Shown here one piece after another: positions 45,323 through 55,306 of a DNA stretch of 64,000 nucleotides (within the stretch, counting starts at the first letter, position 1; every line of letters starts with the position of its first letter). The translations under genes and the position numbers were made by a program. This DNA comes from a virus, in IMG/VR virus record IMGVR_UViG_3300034103_000446, positions 1 through 64,000 of that record; one strand, 5' to 3'. The notes below the pieces were generated by a model. The model searched no databases. It was not told the DNA's origin and worked only from the letters and a program-made list of their open reading frames with translations.

Positions 45323-47247
45323 TTTCTAGTAACCCATGCCTTACCAAAGTTTCTACGTCTTGCAAAGAATATCTGTTCGCAAAACTTTTCTAATGTCATT
45401 GTCTTATCCTCAGGGAAATCAAACTCATAACTAGCAGGTGATTCTAATTCATTTTGATTCTGTAGATAGCCGAATATATCATACTTGAAATCAATAACCT
45501 TAGGATATGTCCCGCACTGTGTATAGTCAACCAAATAATTACGTTGGATAAGCATTAACTCATCGTGCAAGTCTTTGGGTAATGGATACTCTTTCAGTAA
45601 GAAGTTTTCAATTACATCAAATATATGCTTATGTTTATTCTCACTCTGTAGCATGATAATGGTACTGTGTATTAAGTTCCATCCGTGAATTTGCATACCC
45701 ATTAATAATGGGTGATCAATCATTCCTCGTTCACCCCATAATCCGTAATGTTTACCAATACGTTGAATCTCACTGTTAACCCATGGATCTTTTTCTATAT
45801 ATTGATAGAGTTTTTCATAGAAATCTCTATATTCAACACCGTGCAATTTAAACAATACACGACTAATATAGTTTGTCATGCCATTAATGTGAAATGTATT
45901 TTGATACCAGGCATGTAATTGCGCTTGAAGCATCTTGTCAAGTGGCAAGTCACGTGTGCTTACTACAATTTCAACACCCTCACGTAGGTTCTTTTCGTTG
46001 TTAGAGCCTACTAAGTAATCGTAAACAACTTGACCTTGTAATTTATACATCTTACGCTGAGTCAGATTCATTTCAGCATTTTCTAATAGTTGTGCTTGAT
46101 ATACAGTGATACCAGTGTGATTGCCTGCTTTGTACAATCTATAGAAGTTTTCTTTCCAACTTGCTAATGTTTCGCCCGGCAAGCCTAGAATCAACTCAGT
46201 GTACAATGGGATGTTAGCTTCCTCACACATAACAAACACTTCACCAATCTTGTTAGTATCTAAGTTAGTTCGTTTGATAATCTCTAGTGTGTTCTCATCC
46301 ATAGTCTGCACAGACAAGTTCAAGCCGATCTTGGCTCCACCTTCGTATATCAATTTCTTAACGATATCAACAACTTCTTTCTTTTGATTCTTTGCCCAGG
46401 CAATTGTATATGCACGTGGCATGCCGTATTCTTTTTGTACGGCAATTAATTTATCAGCAATTAAGCTATCACGCTCTGCAAAGATACCGAAATTGGCGTC
46501 AGTAAAGCTAATAAAATCAAATTGATTCTGACCCATCCATTCTAATTCAGCAAATACTCTTTCTAATTCGAATATCTTTACTTTATTGTATGTTAAGCTA
46601 CCCCAGTCACAGAATGTACATGCATAGGGGCATCCTCTGTTTGTTTCGATAGTTCCGTTCCAACGAATCTCAGGGTGCTTCTTCATTAGTTTATCGAATA
46701 TACCAGACAAGTACGGACTAGGAATCGTGTCTAAGTCATCAATGCGAACAGTATCACCCGTACTAACTGCTACACCGTTGTCGTTGACTAGCATACCGTT
46801 GATAGATTTATAGTCAGGGGTATCTTTTAAGTGTTCTTCAAGTACGGCTCTGAATGTTTTCTCACCTTCTAACTTAACGCATATGTCTAAGAAAGGGTAT
46901 TGTTCAAAGATATCTTCTTTCTCAATAGGGAACTCAGGGCCGCCACCAATAATGAATAGATTAGGATTAGCTAATTTTAATGCTTTCCCCAATTCTTTAG
47001 TGTAACTACGATTCCAGATATATGTACTGAAACCAATTACATCACTGTCTTTTAATATCTCTACTGCATCTTCTATGTCTTCGCGGCGCCAAATAAATTC
47101 CCCCAATTCATAGTTTTCATTAATTATAGGGAACTGATTTACGTAACTCCACAGGATTCCTGGACTATAAGGCAAGTAATATGCGTTTAATTCCTTAGGA
47201 CCCTGTTGAAAGTTTGGACTGACAAAGCTGATTATCTTTTTAGACAT
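45319..47247 (-). CDS. B12-binding radical SAM enzyme
   Basis: GFSTYIWN, GGPE, EGE, ETNRGCPYACTFCDW, ILGLPGET. Confidence 0.9.
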   Translation of the reverse strand: MSKKIISFVSPNFQQGPKELNAYYLPYSPGILWSYVNQFPIINENYELGEFIWRREDIEDAVEILKDSDVIGFSTYIWNRSYTKELGKALKLANPNLFIIGGGPEFPIEKEDIFEQYPFLDICVKLEGEKTFRAVLEEHLKDTPDYKSINGMLVNDNGVAVSTGDTVRIDDLDTIPSPYLSGIFDKLMKKHPEIRWNGTIETNRGCPYACTFCDWGSLTYNKVKIFELERVFAELEWMGQNQFDFISFTDANFGIFAERDSLIADKLIAVQKEYGMPRAYTIAWAKNQKKEVVDIVKKLIYEGGAKIGLNLSVQTMDENTLEIIKRTNLDTNKIGEVFVMCEEANIPLYTELILGLPGETLASWKENFYRLYKAGNHTGITVYQAQLLENAEMNLTQRKMYKLQGQVVYDYLVGSNNEKNLREGVEIVVSTRDLPLDKMLQAQLHAWYQNTFHINGMTNYISRVLFKLHGVEYRDFYEKLYQYIEKDPWVNSEIQRIGKHYGLWGERGMIDHPLLMGMQIHGWNLIHSTIIMLQSENKHKHIFDVIENFLLKEYPLPKDLHDELMLIQRNYLVDYTQCGTYPKVIDFKYDIFGYLQNQNELESPASYEFDFPEDKTMTLEKFCEQIFFARRRNFGKAWVTRK

Positions 47248-48115
47248 TTTTATTCTGTATGAAGGTGGCCAATTCTTTGGCTATGAACTTGTATCCTTCC
47301 ACAGTTGGATGAATACAGTTAGTCAAATATTTAGCTGGCCATGCCCTCTTACTGTAAAACTCATAATGTCCGCCCCAATCCTTAGGGTTCATGAGTCCAT
47401 CTAGTTCTACAAATCGCTGCACAAATGCACCGTATTTTGTTTGATTGTGTAAGTATGTAGACCAATCAAACTTGGTAAACATTCGTCCGGTATTTTCTAG
47501 TAGATACTTTTGCACTGAGCCGCCCGGAGATTGATTAAATGCATTAGCAACAACTACTTTGAATCCGTGCGCTTTAGCAAATGATTGTAGATTTAAAAGT
47601 GCCATTAATGCAGTGTTTGCTGCGAATTGCTCACTCCATAACATTTTTCCATATGTAGCCCACAATGGTTCTTCGGCGCCTCCCTCTCCTGCTATAGGCC
47701 AGGCTGTTCTCCACTTATAGTGTGCAAAATCCCCGTTACTGTATCCATCATTTAGCTTCTCGTTGCGCTTTGGATGTGGCTGAAAGAAGTCTAATCGTTC
47801 GAATCCACTAAGCATAAGAATAATATATCCTTCGCTATTAGACCAATCGATTCTATCACAGAAATGCAATTGATTAACAGCGGCGGTGTTTCCTATACCA
47901 CGAACTCCTAAGTTCATAGGAGTATAGTCTGGAAAGTGATTGGTACATAATTGATTTACCCAACTGTTCTCATGTTCATACTTACGCAAGTGATAATCTG
48001 GAACACCCCTCAACTGTACTCTACCGTTGTATTGATTCCATATTTCTTCAGGATAGCCGCCCTCACCTTGAGTCCAGCTGCATCCTAAACCTACGATGTA
48101 TTTCTTTTTAGTCAT
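47240..48115 (-). CDS. SGNH/GDSL-like protein
   Basis: LGCSWTQG, NLGVRG.GN and C-terminal IHPTVEG. Confidence 0.7.
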   Translation of the reverse strand: MTKKKYIVGLGCSWTQGEGGYPEEIWNQYNGRVQLRGVPDYHLRKYEHENSWVNQLCTNHFPDYTPMNLGVRGIGNTAAVNQLHFCDRIDWSNSEGYIILMLSGFERLDFFQPHPKRNEKLNDGYSNGDFAHYKWRTAWPIAGEGGAEEPLWATYGKMLWSEQFAANTALMALLNLQSFAKAHGFKVVVANAFNQSPGGSVQKYLLENTGRMFTKFDWSTYLHNQTKYGAFVQRFVELDGLMNPKDWGGHYEFYSKRAWPAKYLTNCIHPTVEGYKFIAKELATFIQNKNV

Positions 48116-49088
48116 CTGTCTTACCTGAATCAATTTGCTCAACAATCCAGTTGTATGTTTTATGTATACCTACTTCTAACGATTCTGTAGGAGCCCAATT
48201 TAATTTTTCACGTATCAATGTGTTATCACTAGTACGACCCATAACTCCCATTGGCCCGGGTATATTTTTAATATGAACTTTTTTACCAACAAGATCGGCT
48301 ATTAGATAGACTAGATTGTTAATTGATATCATTCGAGAGCTACCTAAGTTGACTGGCTCTGAAAAATCACTTTCCATCAAACGTTGAACACCGTCTAAGC
48401 ATTCATCAATGAATAAAAAGCTACGAGTTTGAGTGCCTGGACCCCATATTTCAATTGTTCCGCCGGGCTCGACAGTTGCAACTTTTCTACAAAGAGCCGC
48501 GGGTGCTTTTTCTTTGCCATTGTTCCATGATCCATAAGGACCAAATACATTATGAAACCGTGCAATGCGTACTTCTATGCCATAGTTCTTAGCATAAGTT
48601 AGATATAATCGTTCACTGAATAACTTTTCCCAACCGTATTCACTGTCAGGATTTGCAGGGTATGCACTTGATTCGGTGAGAACTGGGTTGTTAGGGTCTA
48701 GCTGATTGTGCTCCGGATACATACATGCACTTGAACTATAGAATATTTTAGCGTTTTTATTCTTTCTACGAACATTATCTAATATGTTTAGATTAATCAT
48801 CACAGAGTTATGCATGATATCAGCATCGTGTTCACCGGTAAAGATATAGCCGGCACCGCCCATGTCGGCAGCTAATTGATATATTTCATCGTACCTAATT
48901 GTATGAAATAAGCTCTCTACATTTTGTTGATCTCTTAAATCTACCACATAGAATTCATCAGCCAGCGACTTACTGTATAAGGGTTCTTTTAAGTCTGTAC
49001 CTACTACGTAGTGGCCAGCTTTTTTCAATCTTTCTACTAAGTGGGATCCAATGAACCCACCAGCACCACATACTAAAATCTTTTTCAT
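48108..49088 (-). CDS. GDP-mannose 3,5-epimerase-like NAD-dependent epimerase
   Basis: GAGGFIG, LAADMGGAG, SSSACMYP, YGWEK and EKAPAALCRK. Confidence 0.9.
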   Translation of the reverse strand: MKKILVCGAGGFIGSHLVERLKKAGHYVVGTDLKEPLYSKSLADEFYVVDLRDQQNVESLFHTIRYDEIYQLAADMGGAGYIFTGEHDADIMHNSVMINLNILDNVRRKNKNAKIFYSSSACMYPEHNQLDPNNPVLTESSAYPANPDSEYGWEKLFSERLYLTYAKNYGIEVRIARFHNVFGPYGSWNNGKEKAPAALCRKVATVEPGGTIEIWGPGTQTRSFLFIDECLDGVQRLMESDFSEPVNLGSSRMISINNLVYLIADLVGKKVHIKNIPGPMGVMGRTSDNTLIREKLNWAPTESLEVGIHKTYNWIVEQIDSGKTDD

Positions 49089-49089
49089 A

Positions 49090-50430
49090 TTAATCCTTAG
49101 GTTCTTCTCTTAATCGTTTAGAGACTTCTACACGTATCTTGTCTGCTACTGTCTTAGAAGTGTTAGTAGTCAATATCTTAAAGTTATGATCTACTATGGG
49201 TTTTACTCTACGCTTAAAGTCTAATATTTGTTCTGGTGTCCAGCTAGCAATTTCTTTACAAACTTTTACAATCTCAAACAGTCTGCGTTTAGGGTCTTCA
49301 ATTTCATCATATGATTCATCCCAGAAGTCATCAAACGTTTGGAATCCAAACTCACGCAATGTTCGCAACGCACCTGCAGTTCCCACCATGATGAACGGGT
49401 GCTTTTCTTTGGCAGGCTTCCATGTCTTTTCAGTTGCTGTTAGCTCAGTCAACTCAAAGTTAGTTTCAGTGATAATACTGACTAAGCTGTTCTGATAGAA
49501 GGGTCTGGCTGCAGCATCAAAGTCGCCACACATTCTTTGTATCTCTGTTTCGCCATCGATTTCTAACGGTAACTTTGACATGAATTTTGCTACATCAGTG
49601 TTGCCTATTTGTAACATTGGGTTAGAATACAAATCAACTGTAGTCTTAAAATGAACACTGTTCATCTCGGGATCAGTCAAGTTCATACTGTAATAACTAC
49701 GATCAACGATGCCGGCTTTATCTAATGCCAATGCGAGATGTGTGCGGTGCGGCCTAAATCTACGGTTCCAGCATAAGAATACTTTTTCAGGCACTGTGCC
49801 GATATCGTATTCAGGCTCAGGAGTGTTCTGTAACTGTAATGATAATGCATGTTGTGATATAGGGAAAGGTATCATTATCATACGATGCATTGGATCATCG
49901 GGGATTCCATTTCGATTACACCAGTTGTTGTATAATTCTTCTGCGTTCATGCAACCAGTAATGTATATGACCTTACCCATTGGAATTCTATTGTAATGTC
50001 CAAAGTAGGCATGCATTGCACGTAACTGTCCATCTTGTACCCATGCTTCAGGTGCGTAGTCAATTAAGAAGAAGCCATTACGATCTCTGACTTGATGTGT
50101 TATGTGGTTTGGAGTATGACTAAACTCTAATAGGCCGCCACCGTTCAAGAAATAGTTCTGAAATTGTATACGCCACGCTAATGTATAAGGATATATGAAT
50201 GATTCATGTTCTTCTAAACCAAATGTAGAACTCAACGGATGATTTCCGTTGTGCATAAACACTCGCCAATATATATCATCTGCCCAAAAGAAATTACTAC
50301 CATGTGCGTCGGTGCTTTCACCCACGCTAGCGTAACTCATGATGTTAGGCAACTCTGTGTTCACCATTGGACCTCTTGGTCCTATCCAACTATATACGAT
50401 CTTTAGTGGGTCTTTTTCATTTAACTGCAT
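49090..50430 (-). CDS. GT10-like putative glycosyltransferase
   Basis: SIITET...ATEKTWKP...HPFIMVG...FGFQTFDDFWDESYD. Confidence 0.6.
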   Translation of the reverse strand: MQLNEKDPLKIVYSWIGPRGPMVNTELPNIMSYASVGESTDAHGSNFFWADDIYWRVFMHNGNHPLSSTFGLEEHESFIYPYTLAWRIQFQNYFLNGGGLLEFSHTPNHITHQVRDRNGFFLIDYAPEAWVQDGQLRAMHAYFGHYNRIPMGKVIYITGCMNAEELYNNWCNRNGIPDDPMHRMIMIPFPISQHALSLQLQNTPEPEYDIGTVPEKVFLCWNRRFRPHRTHLALALDKAGIVDRSYYSMNLTDPEMNSVHFKTTVDLYSNPMLQIGNTDVAKFMSKLPLEIDGETEIQRMCGDFDAAARPFYQNSLVSIITETNFELTELTATEKTWKPAKEKHPFIMVGTAGALRTLREFGFQTFDDFWDESYDEIEDPKRRLFEIVKVCKEIASWTPEQILDFKRRVKPIVDHNFKILTTNTSKTVADKIRVEVSKRLREEPKD

Positions 50431-51409
50431 TTTTTTCTAACCAATCGCCATCAAATTTAGGAATAATAATGTCTGTTCCACAATGACAGTGTTCTTTCTC
50501 ACATATGATTTGTTTAGGGCCGACACGATTAATATCATCTAGTATATGACCTACATACCCACCCATGCCGCAACTTGCAAGACTCATCTCGCCGACTGGA
50601 TTGATAAAGATGCAATCACCCACGTTGCAACTCCATCCATTGAAGAAGTTGTTTCCTGCTACAATAACTTCGTTGCTGTTACACACTTCGGTAGAATTGT
50701 CTTCATACTTATTGTAACTTACTGTCAATGTAGTACGCTTCATAGGCTTACGCTTAGTCTGCTGAATCTCTGTAGTATGCTCACGTAACCATGCTTCTTT
50801 AGCAGGATCTTTGTAGTGCCATGGGCCGGTGTTGACTGACATTTCATCAAACAACGGAGTCCACTCTAAGAAGTAATTAGGCATCACTGTCTTCATATGA
50901 TTGCCGAAATCAACTACTTCCCAGAATCTTTCTTCATGCATCAACATCTTAGTAGAAAGATAGTTTACCTTATCACACAAGAAGATAGAGTTTTCCTCAT
51001 AACGCTCTTTGTCAGCAAACTCTATGTGAAAGCTTGCAACCACATCATCAAAAAGATGATAGTGTTTCTTCCACCATTCTAATGGACGACTCAAGTTAGT
51101 GTTAACTGCAAGAGTAGCACGAGGTAGTTTTTCGTAAATCCATTCACAGATAGGAATAAAGTTCTTCCAGGCTGTAGGTTCTCCGCCGCTGAAGAAGAAC
51201 TTAAAGTTCTTATACCCTGCACTCTTATAGCGATTGATAATCGTTTCTAAGTTATTTAGGTATATGTCTAAGTTACCTTCGTTGCGGTCAGTGCCTCCCC
51301 AGTTGCCAGGATTACAATAACTGCACTTGTAGTTGCAGAAATTGTTTACTTGCCATGTTATTGCGAGATAGGGCTGGGGAGCCTCAATCGCTATTAGCTT
51401 CTTGCCCAA
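50417..51409 (-). CDS. Radical SAM protein with C-terminal Cys cluster
   Basis: CNYKCSYC and SGGEPT; C-terminal C...C...C...CHC. Confidence 0.88.
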   Translation of the reverse strand: MGKKLIAIEAPQPYLAITWQVNNFCNYKCSYCNPGNWGGTDRNEGNLDIYLNNLETIINRYKSAGYKNFKFFFSGGEPTAWKNFIPICEWIYEKLPRATLAVNTNLSRPLEWWKKHYHLFDDVVASFHIEFADKERYEENSIFLCDKVNYLSTKMLMHEERFWEVVDFGNHMKTVMPNYFLEWTPLFDEMSVNTGPWHYKDPAKEAWLREHTTEIQQTKRKPMKRTTLTVSYNKYEDNSTEVCNSNEVIVAGNNFFNGWSCNVGDCIFINPVGEMSLASCGMGGYVGHILDDINRVGPKQIICEKEHCHCGTDIIIPKFDGDWLEKNAVK

Positions 51410-52665
51410 TCAAACACCTCTTTTAGTTCTGGAATAACTTCTTCCAATTTCTCGCCCCTAAAGTCATCTAGTTCTTCATTGAACTTGATAAACTCTTGGA
51501 TGCCACCTTTGTTCTCATCACCAACTGTCAAGTTGTAGATAATCATCTTGAATCCGTTATAGATATCAATGTTATCTTTATAACGGTTCTGATAGACACG
51601 ATACAATTCAGCGAGTCTTCGCTTTACACTAGCGGGTAGGATCATAATGTTAGCATACCAGGGGTTGGTAGCTAAATTAAAGCGTGGGCTAGATTTAGTA
51701 TCAATAAACCCTTCATTGATCATGTAGTCAAAGAAGTCAGGAAAAGTAAACACATTCCAAATACTGATGGTTGGAGTAATCTGAAATTCAGCATGCGGCA
51801 CTTGCTCTTTTACTAACTTGATATTACTAACAATACGATCCCAATCTGTACCCTTTCTGATACATTCAGCAACATCACCGTGTGCGTCAAGTGATGCCCA
51901 AATTTTCAGTTTAGGAAATTTCTTCCAATACGCAATCAAGTCAACATCTTTCTTATACTTCAAGCTACTAAAGTTTGTTGTATAAGTCAGTTCCACTTGA
52001 TCCGTTAATCCGTTCTCAATCCAGTAGTCTAAGCATTCATAATGCTCAGGGGTAATAATGATTTCACCACCTGCAAAGTAAACTTCTGTAACGTCTTTGA
52101 GATATGGCTTGAGTTTGGCCATGAATCCCATTTCTTCTGCTGAATTGATAACAATCTTAGTGGTCTTAAAGTATTTCTCATAGTTGTCCATACCAACACG
52201 GTCAACAAACTCTTGTGCCCATTGACTAGAGCAACCAGGGCCGCAACTACGGCACTTCATGTTACAGATGCTACTAAAGCGCAAGTCCATGTACTTCATT
52301 TCAAAGTCAATTAACTTGCCGTCTTCCATGGTGTTCTCTGCGATGTAATTCACATATTCTAGGCCCTTGCGTTTGTTGTGAGACTGTCGCATTGTCCATG
52401 TGCCCATCAGTTCTAGATCATAACAACGCTTACATGCTTCAACTGGCTCATCGTTCATCATAGCAGTGCGTAATTTTTTGTAATCTACACTGTTCATCAT
52501 ATTAATGATTGATTCTCCGTCTTTTAAGTCTGCAACAGGCATGTTGCTATCTGCAATACAGCAAGGCATTACTCGACCGTCAGGCCAGCTATGAAAGTGA
52601 ACCCAGGGTAGTACACAGAAATGCTTTCCGTGCTTAACTAAGTTTTCTACTGTTACGTTATCCAT
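51394..52665 (-). CDS. Radical SAM protein with N-terminal twitch-like domain
   Basis: FCVLPW..PCC..CKRC, CNMKCRSC, FAGGE. Confidence 0.88.
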   Translation of the reverse strand: MDNVTVENLVKHGKHFCVLPWVHFHSWPDGRVMPCCIADSNMPVADLKDGESIINMMNSVDYKKLRTAMMNDEPVEACKRCYDLELMGTWTMRQSHNKRKGLEYVNYIAENTMEDGKLIDFEMKYMDLRFSSICNMKCRSCGPGCSSQWAQEFVDRVGMDNYEKYFKTTKIVINSAEEMGFMAKLKPYLKDVTEVYFAGGEIIITPEHYECLDYWIENGLTDQVELTYTTNFSSLKYKKDVDLIAYWKKFPKLKIWASLDAHGDVAECIRKGTDWDRIVSNIKLVKEQVPHAEFQITPTISIWNVFTFPDFFDYMINEGFIDTKSSPRFNLATNPWYANIMILPASVKRRLAELYRVYQNRYKDNIDIYNGFKMIIYNLTVGDENKGGIQEFIKFNEELDDFRGEKLEEVIPELKEVFDWARS

Positions 52666-52670
52666 CTTGA

Positions 52671-53900
52671 TTACTCCAATAATTCAGATAATTTATTTAA
52701 CTCGGGGAATGTTTTCCAGAAACTTTCCTCACGTATTCTGTCGAGTGATTTGGTATGTCCTAAGAACTGAGTCTTAACTTCACTCCAACTGTCACTCTCG
52801 TTTGCAAAATTTACAGCATCACGCACCAATCGTGATAAGCTAGTGCCGTCGTTGTCGTTGGCATCTGCCCATTTTAATGCTTTTTCTTCTGCTAATGGCT
52901 TCAATGATTTTGGTAAGCTTTTTGCGCTGTAATACAACGGATGGACTGCTAGATACAAACTATGATACCAATCTTCTCGTCTAATGATATTTTTATCCTT
53001 AAGATACTGATAGAACTCGCCGATTGTCAAGTAGTTAAAGATTGAGAACACCGTATTCATTTGAAAACTAACATAATCTAAGTCTCTAAACGTCAACAAG
53101 TTGCTTTCAACTTTGCCCCAATCAGTGCCCGAACGTAATAATTCAGCACGTTCACCATAATGATCTATTGAACAACTCAATTCAACCTTTTTAAAGTGTT
53201 TCCAAAGATCAAGTACATCATGGTTCTTATACTTGATATTACTAGCATTTGTATTGTAGCGTAATGTTACATCAGTGCGACCCTTACGAATCATTTCTTC
53301 TAGTATAACATAGTGTTCTTCTGTAATCAAGGGCTCTCCACCCGCAAAGTACGCTAGGTCTATGTGTTCTACTTGATCCAATACTTCTTCTAGAACTTTA
53401 CCCTTACCATCATCCACGTGAATAACAATTGGGTGATCCTTGTCGTAATTCTTGTTCATCTCTAGTCCCCACTGACTAGAAAACTCTGAACCGCATGTAC
53501 GACATTTGAAGTTACAAATGTTACTGAATCTGATATCAAAGTAACGCATCTTAAACTCGTCAACCGTTCCATCTTTTTGGGTAGTGGGCACAACTTCGTC
53601 ATAATACTTGCCAAAGTGTTCTTTACTATAGTTACGGAAACTGTGCGGACCTGCTTCTTCATGTTGATAACAGAACTTGCATATTTCATTCTTACGCTCG
53701 TTTAGCATATCCAATCTAAGTTCTTTCATCTTAGGACTATTGAATGCTTGTTCGAGGGTAATCTCTTTTGTGTTACCAAAAGGTTTGGTGTAATCGTTTG
53801 AACAGCAAGGATAGATGTCACCTTTAGGAGTCACATTTAAGTGAAGCCACGGGAACATACAAAATGTCTTGCTGTCGTTTAATAATTGGTCTTTGTTCAT
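52671..53900 (-). CDS. Radical SAM protein with N-terminal twitch-like domain
   Basis: FCMFPW..PCC..CKFC, CNFKCRTC, FAGGEP. Confidence 0.88.
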   Translation of the reverse strand: MNKDQLLNDSKTFCMFPWLHLNVTPKGDIYPCCSNDYTKPFGNTKEITLEQAFNSPKMKELRLDMLNERKNEICKFCYQHEEAGPHSFRNYSKEHFGKYYDEVVPTTQKDGTVDEFKMRYFDIRFSNICNFKCRTCGSEFSSQWGLEMNKNYDKDHPIVIHVDDGKGKVLEEVLDQVEHIDLAYFAGGEPLITEEHYVILEEMIRKGRTDVTLRYNTNASNIKYKNHDVLDLWKHFKKVELSCSIDHYGERAELLRSGTDWGKVESNLLTFRDLDYVSFQMNTVFSIFNYLTIGEFYQYLKDKNIIRREDWYHSLYLAVHPLYYSAKSLPKSLKPLAEEKALKWADANDNDGTSLSRLVRDAVNFANESDSWSEVKTQFLGHTKSLDRIREESFWKTFPELNKLSELLE

Positions 53901-55306
53901 TTAAATGGGTTCAGTTGGTTTGTTTCTTGGCACAGTCTGTAGAAGCCCAGCATCTCAGGGAACACTGATAGCATGTCTGCTTCTCGGCGCTCATCTAATT
54001 CATTGAACCAATTATAGAAGTCTCTGCGACCTTCGATTAGTTTTTCTTCAGGGTAAACAGTCTCAGCCATGTAATCTACTACACGCTTGAACTTTTCATA
54101 TTCTATTGAGCTAAATGCATCACTGCGTTTGTCATCAGTGTTAGCCTTCATATACTCCAATGCCTCATACATATAGGGCATGAATTCTTCTTTGGGAAGG
54201 ATGTTCATATCATATTGAATAGGATCACGTAGATATGGGGTATCAAAACGCACACGATGTTGTGGGTTGACCGGGTCATCATACCATCCGTATATCTTGC
54301 GCCACTCAATAAACTTCTCCAAGAAGCTTTTGAATGTAGTCACTGAGAAGATGTTGAACGTAATCATAAACGTGATCGGACTATCAGTTCCTTTAAGATA
54401 TGTGTGGAAGTTCTGTTCCCATAGCTCTAAATCTAAGCCTGTACGAATGTATTCAGCACGAGGGCCCCATGTATCTAGGCTAGTAAATAGTTTGAAACTT
54501 TTGATCTTGCCCTCGTCAGTAAGCTTTTTAACTTTCTCTGCAAGACGCTCAATAAGAATAGGCTTAGTACCTAAGTTACTGTTAATGTTCAACTCTAACC
54601 AGGGCATTGGATCTTCATCAATTTTTTCTAGCAATGTCCATGTTGAACGATGTAGTGTAGGTTCTCCACCGGTAACACGTAAGATGTTCAGTGTCTTGCG
54701 CATCTCAGGCCACCATTCCCAGAATGCATCAACATATGGGTTATCATCTTCACGTTGATACAATCGCATCCAATCTATATCACAACGATGGTTCTTAACT
54801 GATGTTACAGGGCCGTTTTGTTCAATCTCTTTGTAGAAGCTTGTGCTATACTTAGGGTGGCAGTAGCCGCACTTGAAGTTACATTCGTTACCGAAGTTGA
54901 TTTCGATGTACTCGGGGTTGATGTTTTGATTCCACGGACCCTTTGCTGTTTGTTCATATCGTTCATCAGTAAAGATACTTGCGTTACGAATGTGACGGTC
55001 ACTGATGTAATCCGGACCCATTGCCTCGATGTTCCAGCAATACTGACAACCAGTAGGCTTACCACCGTCAAGCATTAGTTTACGTTCTTCTTTCTTCTGC
55101 TGTGTGTTATGAAGTGCAGAAGGGTTATCATATAATTCTTCTAAAGGAATTTTATGAGGTTGAGGATGGTAACAACTATGAGTCTCTCCTGATTGCAAAT
55201 ACATTGTTACATGATGCCATTTAGCAAGGCAAAATGTAGGACCAGTCTCGTTTTCGATCTTAATCCTAATGTCTTTGATTCTTTTTTGTTCGTGACTCTC
55301 GCTCAT
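53897..55306 (-). CDS. Radical SAM protein with N-terminal twitch-like domain
   Basis: FCLAKW..SCYH..CQYC, CNFKCGYC, TGGEPT. Confidence 0.88.
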   Translation of the reverse strand: MSESHEQKRIKDIRIKIENETGPTFCLAKWHHVTMYLQSGETHSCYHPQPHKIPLEELYDNPSALHNTQQKKEERKLMLDGGKPTGCQYCWNIEAMGPDYISDRHIRNASIFTDERYEQTAKGPWNQNINPEYIEINFGNECNFKCGYCHPKYSTSFYKEIEQNGPVTSVKNHRCDIDWMRLYQREDDNPYVDAFWEWWPEMRKTLNILRVTGGEPTLHRSTWTLLEKIDEDPMPWLELNINSNLGTKPILIERLAEKVKKLTDEGKIKSFKLFTSLDTWGPRAEYIRTGLDLELWEQNFHTYLKGTDSPITFMITFNIFSVTTFKSFLEKFIEWRKIYGWYDDPVNPQHRVRFDTPYLRDPIQYDMNILPKEEFMPYMYEALEYMKANTDDKRSDAFSSIEYEKFKRVVDYMAETVYPEEKLIEGRRDFYNWFNELDERREADMLSVFPEMLGFYRLCQETNQLNPFK

